From Caldilineae bacterium (lineage in GTDB: Bacteria > Chloroflexota > Anaerolineae > DTLA01), in NCBI GenBank assembly GCA_037446815.1, contig JBBIHX010000004.1, positions 4,189 through 46,007 of the forward strand: a DNA stretch of 41,819 nt, written 5' to 3'. The notes beneath the pieces are model-generated. The model made no database searches, was not told where the DNA came from, and saw only the letters and a program-made list of their open reading frames with translations. Position 1 is the stretch's first letter. Each line of letters begins with the position of its first letter. Positions 8,638 through 17,619 of the stretch are shown here, piece after piece. Position numbers and translations under genes: made by a program.

Positions 8638-10068
8638 CTACGCCTCCAGCACCGCCTCCCACACCTCGGCTAACTCGCCCACGTCGCTGAACAGCAGGTG
8701 CGGCGGATGGGCCGATGTCAGCGCCTGTTCCCGCGTGGACACGCCTGATAGCACCATGATGGAGAACAGGTCGGCGCGGGCGGCACCCAGGATGTCCGTC
8801 TCCAGCCGGTCGCCCAGCGCGGCGGTGGCTTCCTTCGGCGCGTTCAGCCGCCGCATGGCGATTTCGTACAGGTGCTTCTCGGGCTTGCCGATGACCAAGG
8901 GGGATACGCCGCTGGCCGCTTCCAGCAGGGCGAGCAGCGCGCCGTTGCCCGGGATTTCGCCTTCGGGCACGGGCAAGGTCTTGTCGGGATTGGTGCCCAC
9001 AAAGAGCGCGCCTGCGCGGATGAGCAACGTGGCCCGCGCCAGTTTGTCATAGTTGACCTGGCGATCCATGCCGACGACCACGGCTTGCACGTCGCGGTCG
9101 GCTAGGACAAACCCCGCCAGTGTGAGGGCCTCGCGTAGGCCCGTCTCGCCGATGACATGGACGCGCGTGCCGGCGGGATAGCGCGCGGCCAGGTAGTCCG
9201 CTGCCGCCATGCCCGACGTGAGGATGGCCTGCGGCGAGATGTCCACGCCCATCCGCGCCAACTTGGCCGAGTACTCCTGGGGCGTCAGCGTGGAGTTGTT
9301 GGTGGCGAGGAGGAAGCGGATGCCCTTTTCGCGCAGGAATTGGAAGAAGGGCACGACTCCGGGAATGGGCGTCTCGCCTCGGTACAGGACGCCGTCCATG
9401 TCCACAATGAGGTTGCGGATGGTTTTCAGGCGGTGCATCTGTTCTCCTTGTCGTCTGCGATGGTATTCTTCTAGCGCGGCCTGGTACTGCTCCGGGGTGT
9501 CTATGTCCGTAAGGGTATGCGGGTCGGCATGGACGTGGGCGACGCGGGTGGAATCGCCGCGGATGAGCGCGCGGCAGCCCTGATCACCCGGAATGCGCTT
9601 GAGTTCGGGGAAGACGTCCCTTGCGATAAGGGCCGGAATCCCGCGTACCTCGCCTCCCTCCGTTGCGACGAGGGGTTTTCCGGTCTGTCGCCACGTCTGG
9701 ACAATCGCGCCGATTAGTTCGGGCGTCAGCCACGGCATGTCGCATGGCGCAAATACGATGGCGGCGCAATCGGGCGGGAGGGCTTCCAGCGCGGCGTGAA
9801 GAGACGTGCTCTGCCCTTGCTCCCAGCGCGGGTTCTCCACGATGCGAACGCGCGGCCCCTGCACCAGCGGCGCGATCTCTTCGGCGTGCGCGCCTAACAC
9901 CACGAGGACATCGTCCAGCGGCGAGCGCAGCAGGATGTCCAGCGCGTGCTCTATGAGCGTGCGGCCGCCGAAGGGCAGCAGTTGCTTGGGCGTCCCCAGG
10001 CGTGTGGACGCGCCGGCCGCCAGCAAGACGCCGACTACGCGCCCGTGCCCTGCACTATTCTTATCCAA
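8638..10068 (-). CDS. Fusion of a MocA/MobA-like NTP transferase (molybdenum cofactor cytidylyltransferase-like) and a HAD-IIA (NagD-like) phosphatase
   Basis: N-domain LLAAGASTRLGTPKQLL, NPRWEQGQSTSL, CDMP, GDQGCR, DIDTPEQY. C-domain DMDGVLY, TNNS, IGKP, GDRLETDI. Probable TTG start at 10068 after GGAGGAG (ORF extends to 10086). Internal ATG 9438 has its own AAGGAG SD. Confidence 0.85.
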   Translation of the reverse strand: MDKNSAGHGRVVGVLLAAGASTRLGTPKQLLPFGGRTLIEHALDILLRSPLDDVLVVLGAHAEEIAPLVQGPRVRIVENPRWEQGQSTSLHAALEALPPDCAAIVFAPCDMPWLTPELIGAIVQTWRQTGKPLVATEGGEVRGIPALIARDVFPELKRIPGDQGCRALIRGDSTRVAHVHADPHTLTDIDTPEQYQAALEEYHRRRQGEQMHRLKTIRNLIVDMDGVLYRGETPIPGVVPFFQFLREKGIRFLLATNNSTLTPQEYSAKLARMGVDISPQAILTSGMAAADYLAARYPAGTRVHVIGETGLREALTLAGFVLADRDVQAVVVGMDRQVNYDKLARATLLIRAGALFVGTNPDKTLPVPEGEIPGNGALLALLEAASGVSPLVIGKPEKHLYEIAMRRLNAPKEATAALGDRLETDILGAARADLFSIMVLSGVSTREQALTSAHPPHLLFSDVGELAEVWEAVLEA

Positions 10069-10859
10069 GGTGCTCCTCCCAGCCAAGCCACGGCGATGCT
10101 ACGGGCTGGCGAAATGTCCAGCAGCGCCCTGCACGTCCGGATGACGTCCGGCGTCGCGTGATCGGGCGCGGCGAGCGTCAGAATCGGCACGAATCGGATG
10201 GGGGCGCGCCAGCCCTTCAGCCCGCCCTGCGGATGGGCGAGGACTGCGGCGATCCTCTCCGGCGTGAGGAGTGTCCCCATGGGAACGCCCAGGATGCGCG
10301 CCACACGCTCCGGCCGGTGGACGAATTCCTCCGCCAGCGGTTTGCCGATGACGCCGAGGTGGGCCACAGGCGACAGGATGGTTGTGGACGCCGGGAGTTG
10401 CGGCTCGTGCTCGGCGGGCGCTTTGAGCCAGCGGTGGCGCGCACCGTCTGCCTCAACGATGAGCACGGTGTCCGGCAGGGCGGCGCGGATGTGGTCTATC
10501 TCGGCGGGGTCGGCGCCGGCGATCTTGGTATCGGTCAAGGCGATGGGCTTGGCGACGGCACCGCGGGCGTCGGGGGCTGCATCGCGCTGCGGCGATGGTT
10601 CGCCCGCCACCCAGGGCAACTGCCCCTCCCGAAGGGCATCCCGAACCGATTGGGCGGCGTCCTCTTGGCGTGCTAGGATGACCCGGATGCGCGGGTCAGG
10701 CGCGGGCAGCAGGGTCATCGTGGTGGCGCAGCAGGCGACGGGTTCGCCCCGGGCCAGCAGTTCCAAACCGACCAAGATGGCGAGGGTCGTCTTGCCGCCG
10801 GCGCCCACCAGCGCCAGCACGTCGCCGCGTTGCAGGCCGATTGCGTCCGCAAAGGTCAC
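10035..10859 (-). CDS. yqeC: Selenium-dependent molybdenum hydroxylase accessory protein YqeC
   Basis: VGAGGKTT, TTM, LIVEADGARHRWLKAPAEHEP, VHRPE, LAHPQGGLKG motifs; GTG start with GGAGA SD; downstream of ssnA. Confidence 0.88.
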   Translation of the reverse strand: MTFADAIGLQRGDVLALVGAGGKTTLAILVGLELLARGEPVACCATTMTLLPAPDPRIRVILARQEDAAQSVRDALREGQLPWVAGEPSPQRDAAPDARGAVAKPIALTDTKIAGADPAEIDHIRAALPDTVLIVEADGARHRWLKAPAEHEPQLPASTTILSPVAHLGVIGKPLAEEFVHRPERVARILGVPMGTLLTPERIAAVLAHPQGGLKGWRAPIRFVPILTLAAPDHATPDVIRTCRALLDISPARSIAVAWLGGAPWIRIVQGTGA

Positions 10860-10876
10860 GTCAATCTCCAAAGATC

Positions 10877-10949
10877 TCACCACAGAGCGCACAGAGACCA
10901 CAGAGAAGAGAGTTGCTTTCCGCTGCGTTCTCCGCCGTCTCGGCGGTGA
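10877..10949. repeat. Intergenic hairpin with three CACAGAG units at a 9-bp period and a degenerate inverted arm
   Basis: CACAGAG at 10881, 10890, 10899; inverted arm CGCTGCG-tt-CTCCGCC-gt-CTCGGCG-GTGA at 10921-10949. Confidence 0.7.
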
Positions 10950-10951
10950 AT

Positions 10952-12298
10952 CTATATACGCTTCCACGCCTCCGCCGCCAGTTCGCGGGAGCGGGCGGTG
11001 ATGGCCTCCTCATCCAGCGTGAGCAGTTCGCGGTCGCGCATCAGCACGCGCCCCGCGCAGACCGTGGCCGTGATGGCCGACGCCTCCAGCCCGAACAGGA
11101 TGTGCCACGGCAGGTTGCCCGCCATTAGCGGCGTCGTCGGGTGGTAGTCCAGGAAAACCAGATCGGCACTCGCCCCGATGGTCAATTCCCCTAGGGTGGT
11201 GTCGGGCCAGAAGACGCGGGCCAGGCGGGCATTGTCTGCGTAGGCGATGCGGAACACAAGGTCGCCGGGCATGGCGCGGGGGTCGCGCTGGGCTAGTTTG
11301 TGCACGAGGTACGCGGCCTTCATCTCCGCGAACATCTGGTTGGAGAAGCCGTCGTTGCCCAACGCCACGTTGACCCCGGCGCGGAGCATCTTCTCCACCT
11401 GCGCGACACCCACGGCGTTGTTCATGTTGGAACGCGGCTGGTGCGTAACCCACGTGCCGGTCTCGGCAAGGGTCGCGATCTCGCCGTCGTCCACGTGCAC
11501 GCAATGGCAAGCGAGGGTCTTGGGGCCAAGTATGCCCGCGTCGTGCAGCCGGTGGACGACCCGCTTGCCCGATTTGCGCAGCGCATCCTCCTGGTCGGCG
11601 ATGTCCTCGGCGACGTGGACGTGGAAGCCCAGGCCCAGGTCGCGGTTGGCGGCGATGCAATCGGCCAGGGTCTCATCGGACAGCGTCAGCGAGGCGTGCA
11701 GGCCGAACGATGCGGCCAGCAGCGGCTCGGCTTGGCCCCGCAGGGATTTGGCGAAGCGCACGTTCTCGGCGATGCCCGCGCGGGCGCGCTCGGGGCCGTC
11801 GCGGTCGGTAACCTCATAGCACAGGCTGGCGCGCACGCCTGCCTGCAGGATTGCCTCTGCGATGATGTCCAGCGAGCCGTCAATGGCGTTGGGGCTGGCG
11901 TGGTGGTCAATCAGCGTCGTGGTGCCGTGCTTGACGGCGTCCACGAGGCAAACCAGCGCGGAGTAGCGCACATCCTCCGGCGTGAGCGCCTTGTCCAGCC
12001 GCCACCAGAGACGCTCCAGGATTTGCGGGAAGTTGGTCGCCGGTTCGCCCGGAATCGCCATGCCGCGGGCGAAGGCTCCGTAGAAGTGGGTATGGGCGCA
12101 GATGGCGGCAGGCATGACCAGTTGCCCGCCCGCATCCCAGCGTTTGGCGTCAGGGTAGCGAATGGACAATTCGGCGGTGGCGCCGATGTCGGCGATAGTA
12201 TGGCCGCGGACCAGCAGCGCGCCGTCGTCTATCAGTTGTGGCTCCGCGCCCAGCGTCGCGATGCGGGCGTGGGTGATAAGAAACTCGGTCGGGTTCAT
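10952..12298 (-). CDS. ssnA: Putative aminohydrolase SsnA (amidohydrolase superfamily)
   Basis: ICAHTHFYG, LERLWWRLDKAL, IDHHASP, CYEVTDRDG, FGLHAS, HVHVAE, HCVH, HQPRSNMNNAVG, LGNDG; SD GGAGGT; adjacent to yqeC. Confidence 0.9.
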   Translation of the reverse strand: MNPTEFLITHARIATLGAEPQLIDDGALLVRGHTIADIGATAELSIRYPDAKRWDAGGQLVMPAAICAHTHFYGAFARGMAIPGEPATNFPQILERLWWRLDKALTPEDVRYSALVCLVDAVKHGTTTLIDHHASPNAIDGSLDIIAEAILQAGVRASLCYEVTDRDGPERARAGIAENVRFAKSLRGQAEPLLAASFGLHASLTLSDETLADCIAANRDLGLGFHVHVAEDIADQEDALRKSGKRVVHRLHDAGILGPKTLACHCVHVDDGEIATLAETGTWVTHQPRSNMNNAVGVAQVEKMLRAGVNVALGNDGFSNQMFAEMKAAYLVHKLAQRDPRAMPGDLVFRIAYADNARLARVFWPDTTLGELTIGASADLVFLDYHPTTPLMAGNLPWHILFGLEASAITATVCAGRVLMRDRELLTLDEEAITARSRELAAEAWKRI

Positions 12299-12335
12299 CT
12301 TGCCTACCTCCGGTGAGGTTGTTGGAACCGAGCCG

Positions 12336-12364
12336 ATTGTAACGGCTATCGGCGTGAGGGTCAA
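12336..12364 (-). promoter_or_regulatory. Putative sigma70 promoter of ssnA (TTGACC-N17-TACAAT)
   Basis: Near-consensus hexamers, 17-bp spacer. Confidence 0.6.
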
Positions 12365-12428
12365 GCGGGGCGGGTCGCGGAGTCGGTTTCATGTTGTGTT
12401 GGCGAACCGTAGGCGCACTCTCCTCATG

Positions 12429-12502
12429 TGTCATTGCGAGCGAAGCGAGGCAATCCCATGCTCCGGGGATTGCTTCGGGCACTGCGTGCGCTCGCAGGGA
12501 CG
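12429..12502. repeat. REP-like palindromic element, type 2 (TGTCATTGCGAGCGAAGCGAGGCAATC...GATTGCTTC...CTCGCA)
   Basis: Nested inverted repeats; its right half resembles 19860-19896. Confidence 0.8.
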
Positions 12503-12529
12503 GGTACAACAGCGGGGCCTTGGGCGACG

Positions 12530-12688
12530 CTAGAACGGGCCATAGCCGATGGCCGTCCCGATGATGAGGAACGCTGCCGTTGCCAGGATGACCCACACCC
12601 ACAGCCGCAGCGACCACTTCAGCCACTTGGCGTAGGTAACCGACGTCAGCCCCAGCACGATGAGCAGTACGGGGTTGGTGGGGTACAT
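12530..12688 (-). pseudogene. C-terminal remnant (52 aa) of a YfcC/DcuC-like transporter
   Basis: Translates as MYPTNPVLLIVLGLTSVTYAKWLKWSLRLWVWVILATAAFLIIGTAIGYGPF*, resembling the PT...LG...Y.KW.K last helices of YfcC-family carriers; in-frame TAA immediately before the ATG and no SD. Confidence 0.6.
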
Positions 12689-12716
12689 TTATGTTGCAGC
12701 CTGTTTTGGCATCATC

Positions 12717-13091
12717 TCACGGAAGCCAACCTGTCTGCCTGTTCACCAGCAAGAACGCGATGAAGACGAGGTTCACAAGCAGCCCCAACCGCGTGTCGGG
12801 CCAGCCGAGAATGCACAGAAGTAGCGAAAACACCGCGGCGGCGAGCATGGCGGATTGCCACCATGTCAGTCGGGCGAGGGCGCCGACGCCAGAAGCCACG
12901 AAGACAAGAGCCGCAATGAGCCAGAGCACGCCGAACACTCGGATGCCGATGTCGCCGACATTGACAGCGCCCGCGAGTATCGTCGTCTTGTACGGCATGT
13001 CCTTGAGTTCGGCCAGCCGCAAGTAGGCGATGAACCCCGGCAGGTGCGCAATCGCATGCCCCAGCACGACCACAGCAAGCAGAATACGCAT
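12717..13091 (-). CDS. Small membrane protein (about 4 TM)
   Basis: SD AAAGGAG; HAIAHLPGF motif; hydrophobic helices. Confidence 0.75.
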   Translation of the reverse strand: MRILLAVVVLGHAIAHLPGFIAYLRLAELKDMPYKTTILAGAVNVGDIGIRVFGVLWLIAALVFVASGVGALARLTWWQSAMLAAAVFSLLLCILGWPDTRLGLLVNLVFIAFLLVNRQTGWLP

Positions 13092-13129
13092 TTCTTGCTC
13101 CTTTCAGGCACAGGGAATATGGCCGGTGT

Positions 13130-14236
13130 CTAGAAGTACGCTTCGTACCCCGCAATGTTGAGTTCGTCGCGCATGATCTCCAGTTCGCGGCGCAGGTTGG
13201 GGTTCACGGCGATGCCCCGCTCTCGCACAACCTTCTCCATCTCCCACTCCTTTTCGCCGGCGACGTAGATGCGGTCGTGGCCCGGCTCCTTGCGGGAGTT
13301 CTGCAGATCGCGCATGATTTGGCCCGTGATGCGCCGCGAGACCTCCAGCGGGATGAAGTGCTCAATGTCAATGGCCAGGAAGAAGTGCCCCACCATGTAG
13401 GGCCGACGGGTGCCGTCGGGAGCGTAGCCCATCAGGTCGCGCAGGAAGGCCCCCTCGCTCAGCGACGCGCACAGGACCTCCACCATCGTGGCGAGGCCGT
13501 AGCCCTTGTGTCCGCCGTACATCTCGCCCTGGCCGCCCAGGGGCAGGAATGCCGCCAGACCTTTGTCCAGGTCCTTGAGGATCTTGCGGGGGTCGGTGGC
13601 GGGTTTGCCCTCGGCGTCAATGAGCCAGCCTTCGGGGACGGGCTTCTCGGCGCGGGCCAGAACCTCTATCTTGCCGCGCTGGGTGATGGGCGTGGCGCCG
13701 TCAAAGCAGAAGGGAAAAGGCATATCCGACGGCGCGGCAAAGGCAATGGGGTTGGTGCCCAGCATCGGCTCGGTGCCGAAGGTTGGGGCGATGGCGGGGC
13801 GCGCGTTGGTTACCGTGAAGCCCATCATCCCCTCGGCGGCGGCCATGAGCGGGTAATAGCCCGCGATGCCGAAGTGAGTGCTGTTGCGCACGGCGACGGC
13901 GCCTAGTCCGTAGCGGCGCGCCTTGTCCATGGCCAGGCGCATGGCGCGATACGCGATGACATGGCCCATACCGTGGTGGCCGTCCACAAGGGCGGTGGTC
14001 TCGGTCTCCTTGACGATTTCAAACTCGGTGCGGGTGCGCTGGACGCCTGCTTTGATGCGGTCGTAGTAATACTTCAGGCGACCCACGCCGTGGGACTCAA
14101 TCCCGCGCAGGTCGGAGGCGATGAGCACACTGGTGCAAATCCTCGCCTCGTCTTCCGGCACGCCCAGGGCCTGGAACACGTCCATCATGAAGTTTCCCAT
14201 GACTTCCACGGGGATGTACACAATATCATCGGCCAT
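13130..14236 (-). CDS. Ldh_2 family (malate/L-lactate/ureidoglycolate-type) oxidoreductase
   Basis: SDLRGIESHG, RNSTHFG, GTNPIAFAAP, GGHKGYGL, GHFFLAID, YVAGEKE; SD AAAGGAG; extended -10 TGGTACAAT upstream (14277-14285). Confidence 0.92.
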   Translation of the reverse strand: MADDIVYIPVEVMGNFMMDVFQALGVPEDEARICTSVLIASDLRGIESHGVGRLKYYYDRIKAGVQRTRTEFEIVKETETTALVDGHHGMGHVIAYRAMRLAMDKARRYGLGAVAVRNSTHFGIAGYYPLMAAAEGMMGFTVTNARPAIAPTFGTEPMLGTNPIAFAAPSDMPFPFCFDGATPITQRGKIEVLARAEKPVPEGWLIDAEGKPATDPRKILKDLDKGLAAFLPLGGQGEMYGGHKGYGLATMVEVLCASLSEGAFLRDLMGYAPDGTRRPYMVGHFFLAIDIEHFIPLEVSRRITGQIMRDLQNSRKEPGHDRIYVAGEKEWEMEKVVRERGIAVNPNLRRELEIMRDELNIAGYEAYF

Positions 14237-14374
14237 TGCTGCTTTCTCTCCTTTGGTCAGAACAGGATTTTGCCGCATTGTACCACGAGTTGCGCCTTTG
14301 GCTGAAATCAACACGTTTGCACTCGGGCCGCTAGCGGCTATGCCGGCCGCTCTGCAGGTATGCAGAGCGACGGG

Positions 14375-15583
14375 CTACTGCGTCAGACTTTCCATGAACG
14401 CCTGGATGCGCGTGGCCAGCGGCCCCTCGGCGAAGGCGCGCGTGTCGCACATGTCGGCCTCTAGGATGAGGGTGGGGATGCCCGCTTCGCGCTCCAGGAT
14501 GCGGCGCAGGTCGTATTGGCCGAAGGAGTAGGGCTTGCACGAGCGGTTGGAGTGGAACACGGCCCCCTGGATGTCGTACTCCCGCACCATGTCCAGCATG
14601 GCGCGGGCGCGGTTAGGTATCTGCTGGTTGATGTACACGGTTGTGTAGGCCAGCGCAAGGCCTCGGATGGGGTCGTCGGCACCCACCGACACAGCCCAGG
14701 CGTTGGTATACGTGTCGGCGACGAAGCACGCGCCGCGCTTGATGAACTGACTAAAGACGGCGAATAGCCGCGGCCAGATGGCGATGTTGTCCCACAGCAG
14801 GCGGACTCGCTCGTTGACCACGGCGCCCTCGCCTCGGGCCACGCGCCCCTGGGCCTCGCGCTTGAGCCTGCGGTAGTACCACGGCGCCCAGCGGGTGCCG
14901 CGGAGCACGACGATGGGGGCCATGGCGATGAACAGGTCGGGCGCGTTCAGCGGCGACGGGCGCGCTTTACACAGTTCGCGGATTTCCTTCCAGAGGCGCA
15001 CCGCCTCGTTGGAGTAGGCAACGGCCTGCGACAGGCGATGCGGATTCAGGCGGCGATGGGTGTGGGCCTCCAGCCAGGCGATCATCTCGCGGAGTTGCGC
15101 CTCCACGTAGGCGAGGACGCGTTCGGGCGGGGCGTCGTCGTGAACGTAGGGCACGTCCAGCAGGAACAGGGGGATGCCGAAGTGGCGCGCCAGGAACTGG
15201 TACCACTTGACCACCGTCCCGCAGATGTTGTTGGACGCGATGAGCAGGTCGGGGCGGGGGAGTCCGGCCATCGGGGCTTTGTCGGGGGCGAAGACCGCGC
15301 CGACGGAGGTGCGCGCATAGGAGCAGAGGTCTTGGGAGAATCCTTCGGCCTCGGCAACTTGACATAAATCTGTAGCGACCCGCTGCGCTCCGCATAGCGC
15401 GCCGTAGTTCTCGGGATAGACTGACGCGATGCCCATCGCCTCCAGGATTTCTATGGGCGCGCCGCTGGTAACCCAGGCCATCGGCCGTACGCGCCCAATC
15501 CAACGGCTGCGAAGGTAGTAGGCCGTCATCAGGCGGTTCAGCGCGGCGGTGCTTTGGAGTCGGCGGTAGGGGCGGGTCGTCAT
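14375..15583 (-). CDS. 2-hydroxyacyl-CoA dehydratase / benzoyl-CoA reductase family subunit (HgdA/BcrB-like)
   Basis: YPENYGA, DLCSY, SNNICGT, HSNRSCK, EADMCD, RIQAFME; ATGA overlap with upstream subunit. Confidence 0.9.
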   Translation of the reverse strand: MTTRPYRRLQSTAALNRLMTAYYLRSRWIGRVRPMAWVTSGAPIEILEAMGIASVYPENYGALCGAQRVATDLCQVAEAEGFSQDLCSYARTSVGAVFAPDKAPMAGLPRPDLLIASNNICGTVVKWYQFLARHFGIPLFLLDVPYVHDDAPPERVLAYVEAQLREMIAWLEAHTHRRLNPHRLSQAVAYSNEAVRLWKEIRELCKARPSPLNAPDLFIAMAPIVVLRGTRWAPWYYRRLKREAQGRVARGEGAVVNERVRLLWDNIAIWPRLFAVFSQFIKRGACFVADTYTNAWAVSVGADDPIRGLALAYTTVYINQQIPNRARAMLDMVREYDIQGAVFHSNRSCKPYSFGQYDLRRILEREAGIPTLILEADMCDTRAFAEGPLATRIQAFMESLTQ

Positions 15584-16701
15584 GGTATCGTCCCTCCGAG
15601 CATCTCGGCGAAGGCTTGCAGGCGCGTTCGCCACTGGGCTGTGGCAGGGCCAGCGTCGTCTTCCAGCACGATGTGCGGGATGTCGGCCTGTTCCAAGTCG
15701 CGGCGGATGTCGGCGTAGTCAAAGGCGTGGGGATCGCAGAACTTCTGTAGGTAGAACACCATGCCCTGCGCCTGTCGGGTCCGCGCCAGGGACATGAGCG
15801 CCGGGCCGCGTCGCCAATCCTCGCGGTGCTTGGCGGGGCAGGGAGCGCGTCCCAAAAGGCGGGCAGCCAGCGCGGCCAGTGGCGGGCCATCAGTGGTCGC
15901 CTCGCCCTCAAGGTAGCGCGCGCTGGTGCACAGGTCGTCGCGCGCGATTTGGAGGCCGAGATCATCCGCCAGCGCAGGGAGCGTCAGGTCGTCCAGGATT
16001 GCCCCGACGACGACAACCCGCGCACGGGAAACTCGGGGCGGCGCGGCTTCCAACTTGGGAATCAGCGCCTCGGCGATGGGAATGAAGTCCTCCTTCGGCA
16101 TGGTCTGCGCGGCGAGGATGGCGGAGTAGAACTCGGCGTTGCTCATGCGGTCGCGCAGGCCGTCCAGTCGGGCCAACAACGTGCGCAAGCGGTTATAGAG
16201 GCCGATGCTTGCGCGGAGGTCTGCGTCGCCGATGGGGTTTCCGGCGAATCGCTCCAGCGCCGCATGAAACTCGGCGAGTTCACGTTGCAGGTAGTCCGCC
16301 ACATGAGGCCCGTCCAGGCGAGTCGGAACGTTCACAACCCAGGCGAACTGGTCGGCGAAGCGCATCCGCCAGATGTCCGCGAGCGCCTGCATGGTGTCGC
16401 AGGAGTGGGCGAACACCGCGCCTGCAAAGGCGCGAAGGTCGCCGTCTGCGCCCTGTTCCAGCAGCGAGCGGGCCAGCGGGCAGGCGTAACTCTGCAGGTG
16501 TTCGCTCCACGCGCCGGAACGCGAAGGCCGCTTCCGGATGCGCACGGGGGTGAATCCTGCCGCGTGGATGAGTTCCTCGGGGACGTAGGAACAGAAAACG
16601 GCGACGGGCCTGCGGGCGGGGTACTCGGATGCCCACCGCTGGGGCGGGAGTTCGGCGGCGTTGCGAAGCCTCGCGAGAAGGGCGTCTTTGTCGTCGGGCA
16701 T
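15580..16701 (-). CDS. 2-hydroxyacyl-CoA dehydratase / benzoyl-CoA reductase family subunit (HgdB/BcrC-like)
   Basis: FCSYVPEELIHAAG, YACP, HSCD, DDLCT, QKFCDPH, TRLQAFAE; SD GAGG before ATG 16701. Confidence 0.9.
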   Translation of the reverse strand: MPDDKDALLARLRNAAELPPQRWASEYPARRPVAVFCSYVPEELIHAAGFTPVRIRKRPSRSGAWSEHLQSYACPLARSLLEQGADGDLRAFAGAVFAHSCDTMQALADIWRMRFADQFAWVVNVPTRLDGPHVADYLQRELAEFHAALERFAGNPIGDADLRASIGLYNRLRTLLARLDGLRDRMSNAEFYSAILAAQTMPKEDFIPIAEALIPKLEAAPPRVSRARVVVVGAILDDLTLPALADDLGLQIARDDLCTSARYLEGEATTDGPPLAALAARLLGRAPCPAKHREDWRRGPALMSLARTRQAQGMVFYLQKFCDPHAFDYADIRRDLEQADIPHIVLEDDAGPATAQWRTRLQAFAEMLGGTIP

Positions 16702-16711
16702 GGCTTTGTCC

Positions 16712-17596
16712 TCATCGTGGCGTTGGGTCGGCGGCGCGGGCCGGCGGGCGAATCCAGGTCTCGCCCAAGCCATCGTACCGCGCGCGCAGGGCCTTGATTT
16801 CCTGGCGGTGGGCCATGAATCGTTCGCCCGAGGGGATGACCCAGTCCCGCACGTGGTGGTGGAAGCCGTGCGGGGTCCAGCGGTCGCTGCGAGCGGTTTC
16901 GTCAAAGCAGATGCGCGGGCCATCGGCGTGGATGCGAATGCGCCCCTCCTGCCCGCAGATAGGGCAGACCGCGCGGTCGCCCTGGATGCGGAAGAAATCT
17001 GCGCCGCATGTGGGGCAGGCCGATGGGGGTGGCTCTGCGGGATGGCGCGACACCAGACGGCGGCCCAAGTCGCGGGCAGTGGCGAGGGCGTCGGGTTGCA
17101 GGAGCACTTCGCCGGGCCCCGTGGCGTATGCGTCCATCCAGCCCATGAGTTGCCCGCCGAGGGCCATGGCGAGGGCGTTGTAGAACGCCGTAGCGACGCC
17201 GCGCCAGGGTGCGAGCCCACCGACGGTGAGGGTAACGGCAGGTTTGAGGCTGGCGTCGGCCCAGGCCTCTGGCGAGGACCACATGAGGAGCCGATCTAGG
17301 ACGCGCTTCGCCTGAGCGACGGGGCCAACTAGGTACACGGGCGCAGAAAGGAGAAAGGCATCGGCCTGGCGGACCTGTTCCAGGAGGAACTCCATGTCGT
17401 CAGAAAGGGGGCACGGTTGGCCCCGTAAGGCGCATACCATGCACCCGGTGCACTGCTCTACGCGCAGGTCAGTGAGTCGGACGAGCGCGAGGACATCCGC
17501 TCCCGCGTCGCGCGCGCCTGCCAGCGCCTCGCGAGCCAGGACTTCGCAGTTTCCCCACGTTCGCGCCGATCCAATGAGTCCCAGGATAGTCGCCAT
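16712..17596 (-). CDS. Iron-sulfur flavoprotein / NADPH-dependent FMN reductase family protein with C-terminal zinc-ribbon
   Basis: GSARTWGN, CTGCMVC...C...DDM cluster motif, APVY, C-terminal CPTCG...CPICG; SD GGAGG. Confidence 0.85.
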   Translation of the reverse strand: MATILGLIGSARTWGNCEVLAREALAGARDAGADVLALVRLTDLRVEQCTGCMVCALRGQPCPLSDDMEFLLEQVRQADAFLLSAPVYLVGPVAQAKRVLDRLLMWSSPEAWADASLKPAVTLTVGGLAPWRGVATAFYNALAMALGGQLMGWMDAYATGPGEVLLQPDALATARDLGRRLVSRHPAEPPPSACPTCGADFFRIQGDRAVCPICGQEGRIRIHADGPRICFDETARSDRWTPHGFHHHVRDWVIPSGERFMAHRQEIKALRARYDGLGETWIRPPARAADPTPR

Positions 17597-17619
17597 TGGC
17601 TTCCCTCCGCGAGTGTGCG

